A stretch of 64,000 nt of DNA from Acidimicrobiales bacterium (GCA_035651095.1 DASRGI010000190.1:2941-66940); one strand, 5' to 3'. Numbered from the stretch's first letter, positions 1 through 8,892 are shown. Numbers and translations: made by a program. The notes: generated by a model from the sequence alone, not told the origin.

Positions 1-81
1 ACCCGCAACGCCGTGACCAGCGGTAACGTCAGTGCACCGCATCAGGCAGACACCCTGACGGCGCCTACGGATCAGAAGGTT

Positions 82-107
82 GGGGGTTCGAATCCCTCCG
101 AGCGCGC
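82..107 (+). other. tRNA-like 3' fragment (T-arm plus acceptor-like tail) with no matching 5' half
   Basis: GGGGG-TTCGAAT-CCCTC forms a canonical T stem-loop, followed by CGAGCGC-G. The complementary 5' acceptor strand (GCGCTCG or GU variants) is absent within 90 nt upstream, and no anticodon arm folds. Confidence 0.35.
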
Positions 108-137
108 AAGATCCGAGTCGCGGCAGGCACGGATCCA

Positions 138-329
138 GTGACCGGGCGGACGTTGCAGCGATCGGTGACGTTCCACGGCTCGGCGGAGGACGCCAACGAG
201 TACCGCTGGCAGCTCGCCGGCGAGTACGCGGAACGTCGGGGAGTGACCCGGGCGGCGCCGATGCTCACGACCGCGGAGCTGTTGGAGCGATGGTCGACGC
301 GGGCGGCTGCCGAGAACTTCCACGCTTGA
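138..329 (+). pseudogene. Fragment resembling the N-terminal region of a phage-type tyrosine integrase
   Basis: A 63-aa ORF. The segment SAEDANEYRWQLAGEYAERRGVTRAAPMLTTAELLERW resembles the arm-domain to core-binding junction of actinobacterial integrases. No catalytic domain follows. It lies directly beside the tRNA-like fragment. Confidence 0.3.
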
Positions 330-382
330 GCGTTGATAGACACCCCCGGCACGCACATCACGGTGGAGGTAGACACGTCGGG

Positions 383-991
383 ATGACCCACTCCGAGGCC
401 GGCCAAGTGCCGGTGCGAGATCGGCAGCTGCTCGCCCGCGGTGTGCTGCTCGAGCGCTTCACCTTGGCGTGGAATGTCGTGGGGATTGCGGTGTTGGCGG
501 TCGCGGCGCTCGCGGTCGGTTCGGTGGCTCTGGCCGGCTTCGGACTCGACAGCTTGATCGAGATCGGTGCCAGCACCGTTGTGCTCTGGGAGCTCGCTGG
601 GACCGGAGAGGAACGACAGCGGCGCGCCCTGCGGCTGATCGGCGGCGCCTTCGCTGGCCTGGCCGTGTACATGGCCATCCAATCGACGTTCGTGCTCGCC
701 AGCGGCTACCACGCGCGCCACAGTTCGCTCGGTATCGCCTGGACCGCGGTCACTGCCGCGGTGATGTTCGCCCTGGCCGCAGGCAAGGCACGCGCCGGCC
801 GCGCCCTTGCGAACCCGGTTCTGGTCACCGAGGGACGTGTCACCTTCATCGACGGTCTCCTCGCCGTCGCCGTGCTCATCGGTCTCGCCGCGAACGCCGC
901 AGAGGGATGGTGGTGGGCGGACCCAGTTGCCGCCTACGTCATCTTGTTCTACGGCGCCCGTGAGGCGCACGCCATCTTCAGCGAGCACTGA
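383..991 (+). CDS. Cation transporter: short cation-diffusion-facilitator-like membrane domain
   Basis: Internal ATG of ORF 80..991. About 5 hydrophobic helices, with the motif GSVALAGFGLDSLIEIGAS typical of the cation efflux family. No C-terminal cytoplasmic domain. Confidence 0.7.
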   Translation: MTHSEAGQVPVRDRQLLARGVLLERFTLAWNVVGIAVLAVAALAVGSVALAGFGLDSLIEIGASTVVLWELAGTGEERQRRALRLIGGAFAGLAVYMAIQSTFVLASGYHARHSSLGIAWTAVTAAVMFALAAGKARAGRALANPVLVTEGRVTFIDGLLAVAVLIGLAANAAEGWWWADPVAAYVILFYGAREAHAIFSEH

Positions 992-992
992 C

Positions 993-1397
993 ATGCGATT
1001 CGCGCTCGGAGTCGTTGTCACCCTGCTCGCCCTGTGGGCGGTGTTCATGCTCGCTCTCGTGGCACTCCGGCCCCGCGGGATGAACCTCCGTGAAGCGTGG
1101 CGAACGGTGCCAGACACCGTTCGACTTCTGCGCGACTTGCGGAACGACCGAACGCTGCCGCGCGGTGTCCGGCGATGGCTCACCGCTCTACTCGTCTATT
1201 TGGCCGTACCGTTCGATCTCGTGCCGGACTTCGTTCCGGTGCTCGGCTACGCCGACGACGTCATCATCGTCGCCCTCGTGCTCCGGCGTGTGATCCGTCT
1301 CGCCGGCCCAGCAACCCTCGACCGCCACTGGCAGGGCACGCCCAACGGACTTGCTGCGATCAAACGCCTCGCTGGCATCCCCGGCCTCGAGCACTGA
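993..1397 (+). CDS. YkvA/DUF1232-family membrane protein
   Basis: ATG 1 nt after the upstream stop. The motif YLAVPFDLVPDFVPVLGYADDVIIVALVL is characteristic of DUF1232. Confidence 0.75.
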   Translation: MRFALGVVVTLLALWAVFMLALVALRPRGMNLREAWRTVPDTVRLLRDLRNDRTLPRGVRRWLTALLVYLAVPFDLVPDFVPVLGYADDVIIVALVLRRVIRLAGPATLDRHWQGTPNGLAAIKRLAGIPGLEH

Positions 1398-1498
1398 CGC
1401 CGAATGCGATCAAGCACCGCGCGTAGCGGTTGGTTCTATCCGAGACCCGCGTACACGATGGCCTCGCGTGTGACCGCCGCCGACGCCCTGGCTCAGTG

Positions 1499-2209
1499 CT
1501 ATCGGCGGGATGCGACGACCAGGTGGTGGTCGGTGATTCGGTAGCGGAAGAACTCGCCTTCGTTCCATCGGTCGGTGCCGTAGAACCACCCGACCGAGCC
1601 GCCGCTGGAGATGGTGACGCCGTGAAACGTGCGGTGTTCGGTTACCTCTCCGCTGAATGGATGCAGGCCGAATTCGCCTTTGTTCGACGGGTCGCCCCAG
1701 CGGTCGAAGACCAACGATTGGATGCAGCGGGGGAGCAGCGCTGTGGGCAGCCAGATCCCTTCGCCGGCCGCTCGTTCAGCGGAGCTGCGGGACACATCGG
1801 GTCCGTCGGCGTGCACCAGCCGGACGAGCCCAGCGAGCTTCCAGTCCATGCCGCCGCTTCCGGCGGCGTACTGGTCGGACCCGGATATGAGACCGGCGAT
1901 GCGCGCGGTCCAGACCGTTCCGCGATGCGGGGCGAGGAGTTGGCTGGCCCGGAACGGCAACCAGCGTCCCAGCTTGATGTGGCCGCGAATTCGCAGATGC
2001 GCCGCTAGCGCGAGCGGAGTGCCGGGCGCGATGGCGAGTTGTAGGTGCCGTCGAACCGGCTCGGGGAGTCCGACGAGTTCGTCGTCGCTGAAGACTGCGT
2101 CGACGGGATCTTGCGTGAGCGCGGCGTCAAGCGCGGTGGCCATCATCGCGTTCGCTGTGCGCGCCCACGAAGACCTCCCGCTCGCGATCGAAGCAACGGA
2201 CATCCTCAC
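1499..2209 (-). CDS. Conserved hypothetical protein, possibly DUF6544-like
   Basis: A 236-aa ORF with non-repetitive, balanced composition (GLPEPVRRHLQLAI...WFYGTDRW). The family call is from memory only and the start is uncertain. Confidence 0.5.
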   Translation of the reverse strand: MRMSVASIASGRSSWARTANAMMATALDAALTQDPVDAVFSDDELVGLPEPVRRHLQLAIAPGTPLALAAHLRIRGHIKLGRWLPFRASQLLAPHRGTVWTARIAGLISGSDQYAAGSGGMDWKLAGLVRLVHADGPDVSRSSAERAAGEGIWLPTALLPRCIQSLVFDRWGDPSNKGEFGLHPFSGEVTEHRTFHGVTISSGGSVGWFYGTDRWNEGEFFRYRITDHHLVVASRR

Positions 2210-2726
2210 GACAAGTGAGGCGGCTCTGCGTCGTCTTCGTGCATCCGCTCACGAGGTCGCCAGAGGCCGGGGCCCACAAGATCAGGGGCTGGTCAGTGCC
2301 TCCGAGGTTCGGGCGTGGTCGAGGGTGCGGTGCCGGCCGGATTCCGTTTGCGAACGGCACGGTGACGGCGCTGACCTCGTCCACGCGTCCTCCCTCCCGC
2401 CGAAGGTACTGGCCGCTTCACTCGGGCGGTTGGCGCGGCCCGGTCATGACCTCGAGGAGCACCCCGAGGGCACGGTCAGCGGGCAAACGGGATCTCGGCA
2501 CGGAGGGTCGCTTCGCCACGTCGAACCGGCAACGTTCCGTCTCTTGCATTGGGCTGTGCTCGCCAAGCTGGAGACTCATTCCCGACATGCCCGAGGTGTT
2601 CGATGTCTGGGCGGCGTTTGGCACCGACAAGGTCCGTGGTGCTGACCTGGCGCCACACGCCTGATACGAGCGATACGAGTTCGACTCACACGTTGCGGCG
2701 AGGCGATGTCGACCGATGGTGACAGT

Positions 2727-4376
2727 TCATGTCGGTTCGGTATGCAGCGCATGCCCGTGCTCGCGGGCGTGGTTGACGGCGTCGTCGAGATCGTGGAAGA
2801 GGTGGCGCTCGTGTGCGAGGTGCTCCAGTGCGCCTACAGCTGTGAGCACGCGATGGTGGTCCGGCCTGACGCCTTTGATGAGGACGGTGATGTGGCGGCT
2901 CTCGAGCTCCGAGACGATCTCGCCGAGTGCCTGCGCCCCGGTGGCGTCGAGCACCTGTAGGTCGGGCATGCGGAGGATGACGACCTTGGCATCGGTGACG
3001 TTGGTGAGCTCGGTGAGGAATCGCTGGGCGGCGCCGAAGAAGAGTGCGCCGTCGAGCCGGTAGGTGATGATCTGCTCGGAGAGAAGGTGTCGCTCAGCGG
3101 TGTCGTCGATCTCGGTCGGAATGTACGCCGGCGTGGCAACGGCGGCGAGGGCAACCTGGCGGAGGGCGAGCACGGCGGCGACCGCGATGCCGATCTCGAT
3201 GGCGACGATGAGATCGAACGCGATGGTGGCGACGGCGGTGAGTGTGAACACGGCGGCGTCCGAACGCGTGGCTCGCACGACGGCGCGGACGTTGTGGCGT
3301 TCGACCATGCGCGTGGCGGTCACCATGAGCACAGCGGCGAGTGCGGCGACCGGGATCCTCTCAACCAGCGCGCCGCCGACGAGGGCAACCACGAGCAGGG
3401 CGAGGGCGTGGGTGAGGGCAGAGATCCGGGTACGCGCCCCCGCGCGCACGTTGACCGCGGTGCGAGCGATGGCGCCCGTCGCAGGCATGCCGCCGAAGAG
3501 CGGCGACACGATGTTGGCGAGACCCTGTCCAAAGAGCTCGCGATCGGACTGATGACGGCCGACGTCGCTCATCCCATCGGCGACCTTGGCCGACAGCAGG
3601 CTCTCGATCGCGGCGAGGGCAGCGACCGCGAGCGCGGCACCGAACAGGTCGCTGATCCCACTGAACGACAGCGACGGCAGCCGCGGTGCGGGCAGACCGG
3701 CAGGCAGCGACCCGATCCGGCGAACGTCGAGGCTGAACACCTCGGCCACGAGCGTCGCGCCGGCCACCGCGAACAATGAGGCCGGCAACGAGCGATGCAG
3801 ACGCGGAACACCGACCATGATGACCACGACGAGCACCACCACGCCGACGGCGCCGAAGCTACCGTCTGCCGACCTGGTCGCGGCGCGGACAGCGACGACG
3901 AGCGGGTTCTCACCGTCCGGCGTGGCCACGCCGAGCGCGGCTGGCACCTGCTGCAAGAAGATGATCGTGCCGATTCCAACGGTGAAGCCCTCGATCACGG
4001 GCCATGGCACGAACGCCATGTACCGCCCGACACGGAGCAGGGACGCCGCGGCCACCAACATCCCGGCCATCAACCCGACGGTGAAGACCGCGTCGACTCC
4101 GTAGCGGTGCACGATCGGCACCAGCACCACCGTCATCGCCCCGGTCGGTCCCGACACCTGCACGTTGGATCCGCCGAGGACGCCAGCGACGATGCCGGCG
4201 ACCACCGCGGTGGCGAGCCCGGCCCGTGCGCCCATGCCGCTCGTGATGCCAAAGCCGAGTGCCAACGGAAGGGCCACGACGGCAACGGTGAGGCCCGCGA
4301 GGACATCGGAACGCCATGTCCTCGACGCGCCCGCGTAGTCAGCTCGACGGGGGAGGAGGTCGCGGGCCGATCTCAT
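2727..4376 (-). CDS. SulP-family anion permease with C-terminal STAS domain
   Basis: 549 aa. N-terminal motif LAGLTVAVVALPLALGFGITSG, multiple TM helices, and a C-terminal STAS-like region (YRLDGALFFGAAQRF...VLDATGAQAL). Confidence 0.9.
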   Translation of the reverse strand: MRSARDLLPRRADYAGASRTWRSDVLAGLTVAVVALPLALGFGITSGMGARAGLATAVVAGIVAGVLGGSNVQVSGPTGAMTVVLVPIVHRYGVDAVFTVGLMAGMLVAAASLLRVGRYMAFVPWPVIEGFTVGIGTIIFLQQVPAALGVATPDGENPLVVAVRAATRSADGSFGAVGVVVLVVVIMVGVPRLHRSLPASLFAVAGATLVAEVFSLDVRRIGSLPAGLPAPRLPSLSFSGISDLFGAALAVAALAAIESLLSAKVADGMSDVGRHQSDRELFGQGLANIVSPLFGGMPATGAIARTAVNVRAGARTRISALTHALALLVVALVGGALVERIPVAALAAVLMVTATRMVERHNVRAVVRATRSDAAVFTLTAVATIAFDLIVAIEIGIAVAAVLALRQVALAAVATPAYIPTEIDDTAERHLLSEQIITYRLDGALFFGAAQRFLTELTNVTDAKVVILRMPDLQVLDATGAQALGEIVSELESRHITVLIKGVRPDHHRVLTAVGALEHLAHERHLFHDLDDAVNHAREHGHALHTEPT

Positions 4377-4627
4377 GCGCTGGCGCGCGGGCCGGCGAGA
4401 AGATCGTTCGTCTCGTTCAGCGCCTCGATCAGCTGCTCCGTGGCGACGCGGCCGACGTCGACCATGAGCTCCTCGCTCACATCGGTTGCCGCGTCGACGT
4501 GCCGCTTCTGTAACGAGCGCGGCACCCGGACTACCGACTCGGGTGCCGGCTCATCCGTCGACATGCTCGCCGCCACCGGTTCGGTGGCCAGGCCGACCCT
4601 GAGATTCTTGCCGAGCAGACCCCTCAC
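4373..4627 (-). CDS. Small hypothetical protein coupled between the ArsR and SulP genes
   Basis: An 84-aa ORF whose start and stop overlap both neighbours by 4 nt. Its C-terminus (EQLIEALNETNDLLAG) echoes the ArsR C-terminus. Confidence 0.4.
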   Translation of the reverse strand: MRGLLGKNLRVGLATEPVAASMSTDEPAPESVVRVPRSLQKRHVDAATDVSEELMVDVGRVATEQLIEALNETNDLLAGPRASA

Positions 4628-5001
4628 ACTGCGCCGCGCAGATCAGCGAGGAGGTCGGTCGTCTCCGACAGCGAGTTGATCAGCAACCGCTTCGCCACCG
4701 CCAGCAGCTCGACGACGATGTCGTCCTTCACGGCGTAGAACACCGTCGAGCCTTCCTTCCGCGCCGTCAGCAGCCGAGCCCGGCGCAACACCGCGAGCTG
4801 CTGGGACAGGTGCGACAGCTCGATGCCCACCAACGGCTGCATGTCACCGACCGACCGCGGCCCCTCCGAAAGGACCTCCAAGATCCGGATCCGGGCCGGA
4901 TGCGCCAGCGCCTTGAACAGCTCGGCCTTGATCTCCGAGATCGGCTGGCTGACCACGTCCGCGCCAGCAGCGGTTCCCCGGGCATGTGATCGCTTTGCCA
5001 T
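4624..5001 (-). CDS. ArsR/SmtB-family transcriptional regulator
   Basis: 125 aa, with LFKALAHPARIRILEVL...SHLSQQLAVLRRARLL, the winged-helix signature of ArsR. Confidence 0.9.
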   Translation of the reverse strand: MAKRSHARGTAAGADVVSQPISEIKAELFKALAHPARIRILEVLSEGPRSVGDMQPLVGIELSHLSQQLAVLRRARLLTARKEGSTVFYAVKDDIVVELLAVAKRLLINSLSETTDLLADLRGAV

Positions 5002-5017
5002 CCATCGCTACCATAGC

Positions 5018-5052
5018 GTGTCTGAGCACTTGATAGAAGTGTCAGATGACAT
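5018..5052. promoter_or_regulatory. Imperfect inverted repeat in the ArsR divergent promoter; possible ArsR operator
   Basis: The locally AT-richer tract TGTCTGAGCACTT-N-AAGTGTCAGATGACA lies immediately upstream of the ArsR start. Confidence 0.25.
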
Positions 5053-5103
5053 GGTTATGCTCTTGTGCAGCGGCGGCGCCGTGGCGCACGACGGGGGATC
5101 GCG

Positions 5104-5412
5104 ATGCCCACCACTGAAGCGACGACCGAAGCGGCAGACGACAGGGTCGCGACTGCGTCGGGCGCAAAGGTCAGACCCATTCCGCCCGACACCGCGACGA
5201 CGTTCCTCGCCCGCGTCGGCGAACCCGCGTTCGGCACGATCACCGTCGCGTTCGGTGCACACGAGGACGACGGCACCCTGATCGGTGTCGCGGTGCTCGG
5301 CGCCCGAACGCGCTACACCTCGTCTCGCGAATGCGCTGGTCAGCGCGTCGCCTCACCTTCTGACATGCAGTCAAGAAGGCTCGGGGAACTCGGGGGAAAC
5401 GAGCACGCCTGA
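5104..5412 (+). pseudogene. GNAT-like N-terminal fragment, truncated
   Basis: VRPIPPDTATTFLARV...VAFGAHEDDGTLIGVAVLG resembles the first strands of GNAT acetyltransferases. No acetyl-CoA-binding motif follows in any frame. Confidence 0.25.
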
Positions 5413-5512
5413 GCACGATCGAAGGCGGCCGACCTGCGGTTCTGGCCGAAGAACCTTCTGCCGCCAACTCAGAAGGTGCAGTAGCAGCGCTGGTCATCGA
5501 GGCGGTGCGGCG

Positions 5513-5692
5513 TCCGCAGTCGTGCCGTGTCAGTTGTTCCGAGAGGACACCTCGGAGGAGCAGTTCGTACACCATGTTCGGTGTCGTGTTCGCAAGTGCG
5601 GCGAAACCCGCTGATCCGCGAGAGCCCGGTGCCGACCGGGACAGCGGCGCTGGCTCGTCGTACGCCACCGCGACGTTGTGCGGGTTCGACAC
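5513..5692 (-). pseudogene. MurJ/MviN-like N-terminal remnant
   Basis: GFAALANTTPNMVYELLLRGVLSEQL resembles the conserved actinobacterial MurJ N-terminal motif (ANT-PN-VYELLLGGVL). The rest of the ORF is Arg-rich and non-membrane. Confidence 0.3.
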
Positions 5693-5719
5693 CGGTCGCT
5701 TCCGAGGGTGCGGCCGACA

Positions 5720-6901
5720 TCAGGAGCTCACACCGACACCGCTCACGCGACGGCTCGCGACGGCGCGTGTCGCGAGCGGACTGACGAGCGCGGTCAGGAG
5801 CACGAACCCGGCAGCAACTGCCCCGAGATGAACGCCGTCCTCATGCGTTACGCCGAGGCTGGCGATGACGATGGAGAACTCGCCCCGAGCAGCGAGCGTG
5901 GTCCCCGCCCGGAGCCTGCCGGCCGAGCCGATACCCGAAGCGCGCCCGGCGAACCATCCCGTTGCCACCTTCGTCGCTGTGCCTATGACCGCCAACGCGG
6001 CGGCCGGCACGAGCGCACCACGGAGGTCGCTGGGGTCGATCTGAAACGAGAAGAACACGAAGAACACGGCTGCGAACAGGTCGCGCAGCGGTCCGATGAG
6101 CGTTCCGGCGCGATGTTGCACGGGACCGGAAAGAGCGAGTCCGACGAGGAAGGCGCCGATCGCAGCTGAGACTTCGAGCCGTTGCGCCAAGCCGCCGACG
6201 ACGAGCGTGAGACCGAACACCGCCAGCAACAACGACTCGTCATTGCCCTTGTCGAGGAAGGCGCTGAGGCGGCCACTCATTCGCAACGCGAGACCGAGGA
6301 TCGTCACTACCGCGGCGAACGCGACGACGATCGTCGTGATCGTGTCGGCGACGTTCCTGCCGATGACGAGAGCTGACGCCACGGGGAGGAACACCGCCAT
6401 GGCGAGATCCTCCAGCACCAGGAGGTTCAGGATCGCTGGTGTCTCGCGATTGCCGAGGCGATCGAGATCAGCGAGGACCTTCGAGATGATCCCCGACGAG
6501 CTCACCCAGGTGACACCACCGAGTAGGACCGCGACCGACGGATGCCAGCCGAGAACGAGACCTGCGAGGAATCCGGGGACGAAGTTCAAGGTCGCATCGA
6601 CGGCACCGGAGCTCAGGCCGGTCCGGAGCCCGTGCCGGAGCTCGTCGGCGGAGTACTCGAGACCGAGCGTCAACAGGAGCAGAAGCACGCCGATCTCGGC
6701 GACGAGCGCGATGAAGTCGTGGCTGACGTCGAGCGGTATGAGCCCGCCTTTGCCGACCGCGAGCCCGGCGAGGAGATACAGCGGTATGGCGGTGAAGCCG
6801 AACCGGCCCGCGATCCGCGACAGCATGGCGAGCGCGAGGGCGACGGTGCCGACCTCGAGGAACGCGGCGGTCGCGTTCGCGCTCGCGGCGGCGACGATCA
6901 C
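5720..6901 (-). CDS. Cation:proton antiporter, CPA2/Kef-type membrane subunit
   Basis: 393 aa and about 11 TM helices, with a Na+/H+ exchanger-like sequence (LLLLLTLGLEYS, GEFSIVIA). The start overlaps the upstream TrkA-C gene by 4 nt. Confidence 0.85.
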   Translation of the reverse strand: MIVAAASANATAAFLEVGTVALALAMLSRIAGRFGFTAIPLYLLAGLAVGKGGLIPLDVSHDFIALVAEIGVLLLLLTLGLEYSADELRHGLRTGLSSGAVDATLNFVPGFLAGLVLGWHPSVAVLLGGVTWVSSSGIISKVLADLDRLGNRETPAILNLLVLEDLAMAVFLPVASALVIGRNVADTITTIVVAFAAVVTILGLALRMSGRLSAFLDKGNDESLLLAVFGLTLVVGGLAQRLEVSAAIGAFLVGLALSGPVQHRAGTLIGPLRDLFAAVFFVFFSFQIDPSDLRGALVPAAALAVIGTATKVATGWFAGRASGIGSAGRLRAGTTLAARGEFSIVIASLGVTHEDGVHLGAVAAGFVLLTALVSPLATRAVASRRVSGVGVSS

Positions 6902-7377
6902 GAGCCGAGCAGCGTGCGCAGAAGTTCGAGCCCTTGAGGTGTCCCGACGGCGACGATGACATCGTCCGCGCGGAATGACGTCGTCGGCTCGGGCGCAGGA
7001 ATGGTCGTCTCATCGCGGACGATGGCGACGATGGACGCGCCGGTCTTCGTGCGGAACTCGCCGTCGGCGATCGTCGCTCCGGCAAACCGTGAGGTGGTCG
7101 GGAGGGTCAGCCAGTCGATGGCCAGGCCTTGCAACTGCTGCGCCCCGCGGACGGTCTCGCTGACCTGATTGACGCCGAGCAGGTCGCCGAGGGCGGTGGT
7201 GTCCTCACCGCTGAGATGCAGGACGGTTCGGCAGCGGTCAGGGTCATCTCGGTCGTAGACGGCGAGCTCTCGGCGGCCACTGCGGTGGGTGAGAAGCGAC
7301 AACCGTTCGCCGCCCGCAGTCGTGAACTCGTGACGCACGCCCACGCCCGGGAGGAGAGTCTCCTTGATGTCTGGCAT
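6898..7377 (-). CDS. TrkA-C domain regulatory subunit of the antiporter (KhtT-like)
   Basis: 159 aa. The N-terminal LPGVGVRHEF and the C-terminal TrkA-C-like GASIVAIVRD...DDVIVAVG are typical of KhtT/YhaT partners. Confidence 0.8.
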   Translation of the reverse strand: MPDIKETLLPGVGVRHEFTTAGGERLSLLTHRSGRRELAVYDRDDPDRCRTVLHLSGEDTTALGDLLGVNQVSETVRGAQQLQGLAIDWLTLPTTSRFAGATIADGEFRTKTGASIVAIVRDETTIPAPEPTTSFRADDVIVAVGTPQGLELLRTLLGS

Positions 7378-7576
7378 CTCACCATCCTCGCGTCGGGACG
7401 CCGAACGCGACGACGCGGGCCGATCTGGCTCTCAACAGGTGTGTTCACATTCCGGTCATGGTCAGGACGCAGGGTGGAAACTGATTCGAGTTAGCGCGGG
7501 CGAGTGTCGCCTGTCGTCTGTAACGACAGTCGTTGGTCGGACATGTCGGGGTTGAACAGTCCGGCACCGTCGCCTC

Positions 7577-8260
7577 GTGGCGGTGAAACGCTGGGATGGA
7601 GTGCCAATGCCTGACGACACGATCGGCGTCTTGATCCGAGACGCAGACCCTGCGCTCTTGCTGTGCGACGCGGACCTCGACCGAGCCCTTGATGCGATCG
7701 GCGAGCGGATCATGGCGAAGCCAGCCTCGCCGCAGGGGAAAAGGCGCGTCTCGAGGCGCCGGGTTGCAGTCGGCGTCACCCTCGCCGCGGTTCTCGCAGC
7801 CGGTGCACCTGCGGCGGCGAACTGGGTGTCTGCACGCTCGGGATGGTTCGGCGACCCGCACCACACAGAAGAAGACGCCTCCGAGTGGATTCGGCTCGAC
7901 TCGCCGGAGCTCCGAGAGATCGTGAGCACTGACGTCCGTAACCTCGGCTTCGAGCTGCCCGGGGAGGTGAGCCCAGCCGACGTCGTTTCTGGCGTCCTGC
8001 GCCGCGTGACCGTCGACGGTGACACGGGGCCCCGACTCATGCAGGAGGGCGCACTGCGAAACGTCATCGGCTGGGAGGTCGCGTGCCGTTGGGGAACCGT
8101 TTGGCTCGATTCAGCCGACGCTCCCCAGGCGACGAGCGCGCGGGCGCGCATGGCGGAAATCGCTAGCCGGGTCGATGCGCTGCCCGCCGCGCGCGGCTCG
8201 GATGACGAAGCGCTGCGCCAGCAGCTGCGAGTGAACTGCGATGTCGAGGCGGGCAAGTGA
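7577..8260 (+). CDS. Single-pass membrane protein, possible anti-sigma-like partner of the downstream ECF sigma factor
   Basis: 227 aa with one TM helix (VAVGVTLAAVLAAGAPAAA). Its stop overlaps the sigma gene start (GTGA). Start uncertain: GTG 7577 or ATG 7607. Confidence 0.5.
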   Translation: MAVKRWDGVPMPDDTIGVLIRDADPALLLCDADLDRALDAIGERIMAKPASPQGKRRVSRRRVAVGVTLAAVLAAGAPAAANWVSARSGWFGDPHHTEEDASEWIRLDSPELREIVSTDVRNLGFELPGEVSPADVVSGVLRRVTVDGDTGPRLMQEGALRNVIGWEVACRWGTVWLDSADAPQATSARARMAEIASRVDALPAARGSDDEALRQQLRVNCDVEAGK

Positions 8261-8808
8261 CGACGCCCTCGAACGCGGAGCAACGCTTCGAGGAGATCTA
8301 CCGGTCCACTCGACGCGATGTGCTCGCCTTCCTGGTCCGTCGCGTTGCCCAGCCGGCCGATGCAGCCGACCTACTGGCTGAGGTGTACCTCATTGTCTGG
8401 CGCCGACTCGACGTCGTCCCTCCGGACGATGAGGCGCGCCTTTGGCTCTTCGGAGTGGCCCGGCGAGTGCTCGCCAATCACCACCGCGACGGACGTCGAC
8501 GTGAACGGTTCACCGAGGACCTCGCGGCCGCGCTGGTCGACGCGACGAGAGCGTCCGCTCCGGCTGATGCATCGGTCGTCCACAACGACCGCGTACGAGA
8601 CGTGAGGCGAGCAATCGAAGCGCTGAACCCCGTCGACAGGGAAGTGCTCACGCTCTTCGCGTGGGACCACCTGAGTGCTGCGGAGATCTCCGCCGTCACG
8701 GGCGCCACGCCCGGTGCAATGCGTGTTCGTCTCCACCGGGCGCGTGAGCGTGTGCGCGCCGCGCTCGCGAAGGGCGGCCGCCCCTACCCGGAGCTGTCGA
8801 CAACCTGA
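8257..8808 (+). CDS. ECF-type RNA polymerase sigma-70 factor
   Basis: 183 aa with region 2 (DLLAEVYLIVWRRL) and region 4 (REVLTLFAWDHLSAAEISAVTGATPGAMRVRLHRARERV). Confidence 0.9.
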   Translation: MTTPSNAEQRFEEIYRSTRRDVLAFLVRRVAQPADAADLLAEVYLIVWRRLDVVPPDDEARLWLFGVARRVLANHHRDGRRRERFTEDLAAALVDATRASAPADASVVHNDRVRDVRRAIEALNPVDREVLTLFAWDHLSAAEISAVTGATPGAMRVRLHRARERVRAALAKGGRPYPELSTT

Positions 8809-8892
8809 TGACAAGGCCGGTGGCCACGTGCGGGAGACCCGAGAACGAGGGCGCGAGCGCGTGGGGTCGGCGAATGCGGAGCCGCTGGGGTC

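Noticed and set aside
1-110. A complete tRNA gene or tmRNA 3' end at the window start
   Set aside because: Only the T-arm and 3' acceptor strand are present. No 5' acceptor complement (GCGCTCG or GU variants), D-arm or anticodon stem folds within 90 nt upstream. The acceptor strand CGAGCGC lacks the U70 needed for the tmRNA/alanine G3:U70 pair, and no CCA follows.
65-1183. 372-aa minus-strand ORF spanning the tRNA fragment and the cation-transporter gene
   Set aside because: It is Arg/Ser/Pro/Gly-rich and low in complexity. It runs antisense to a plus-strand ORF with clear transmembrane and family motifs. This is a typical high-GC antisense artefact.
2210-2726. Several 60-150-aa ORFs in the 500-bp gap between the hypothetical gene and SulP
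   Set aside because: All are Arg/Pro/Ser-rich, mutually overlapping, and carry no motif I recognise. No call is made. The region may be a decayed gene or a long UTR.
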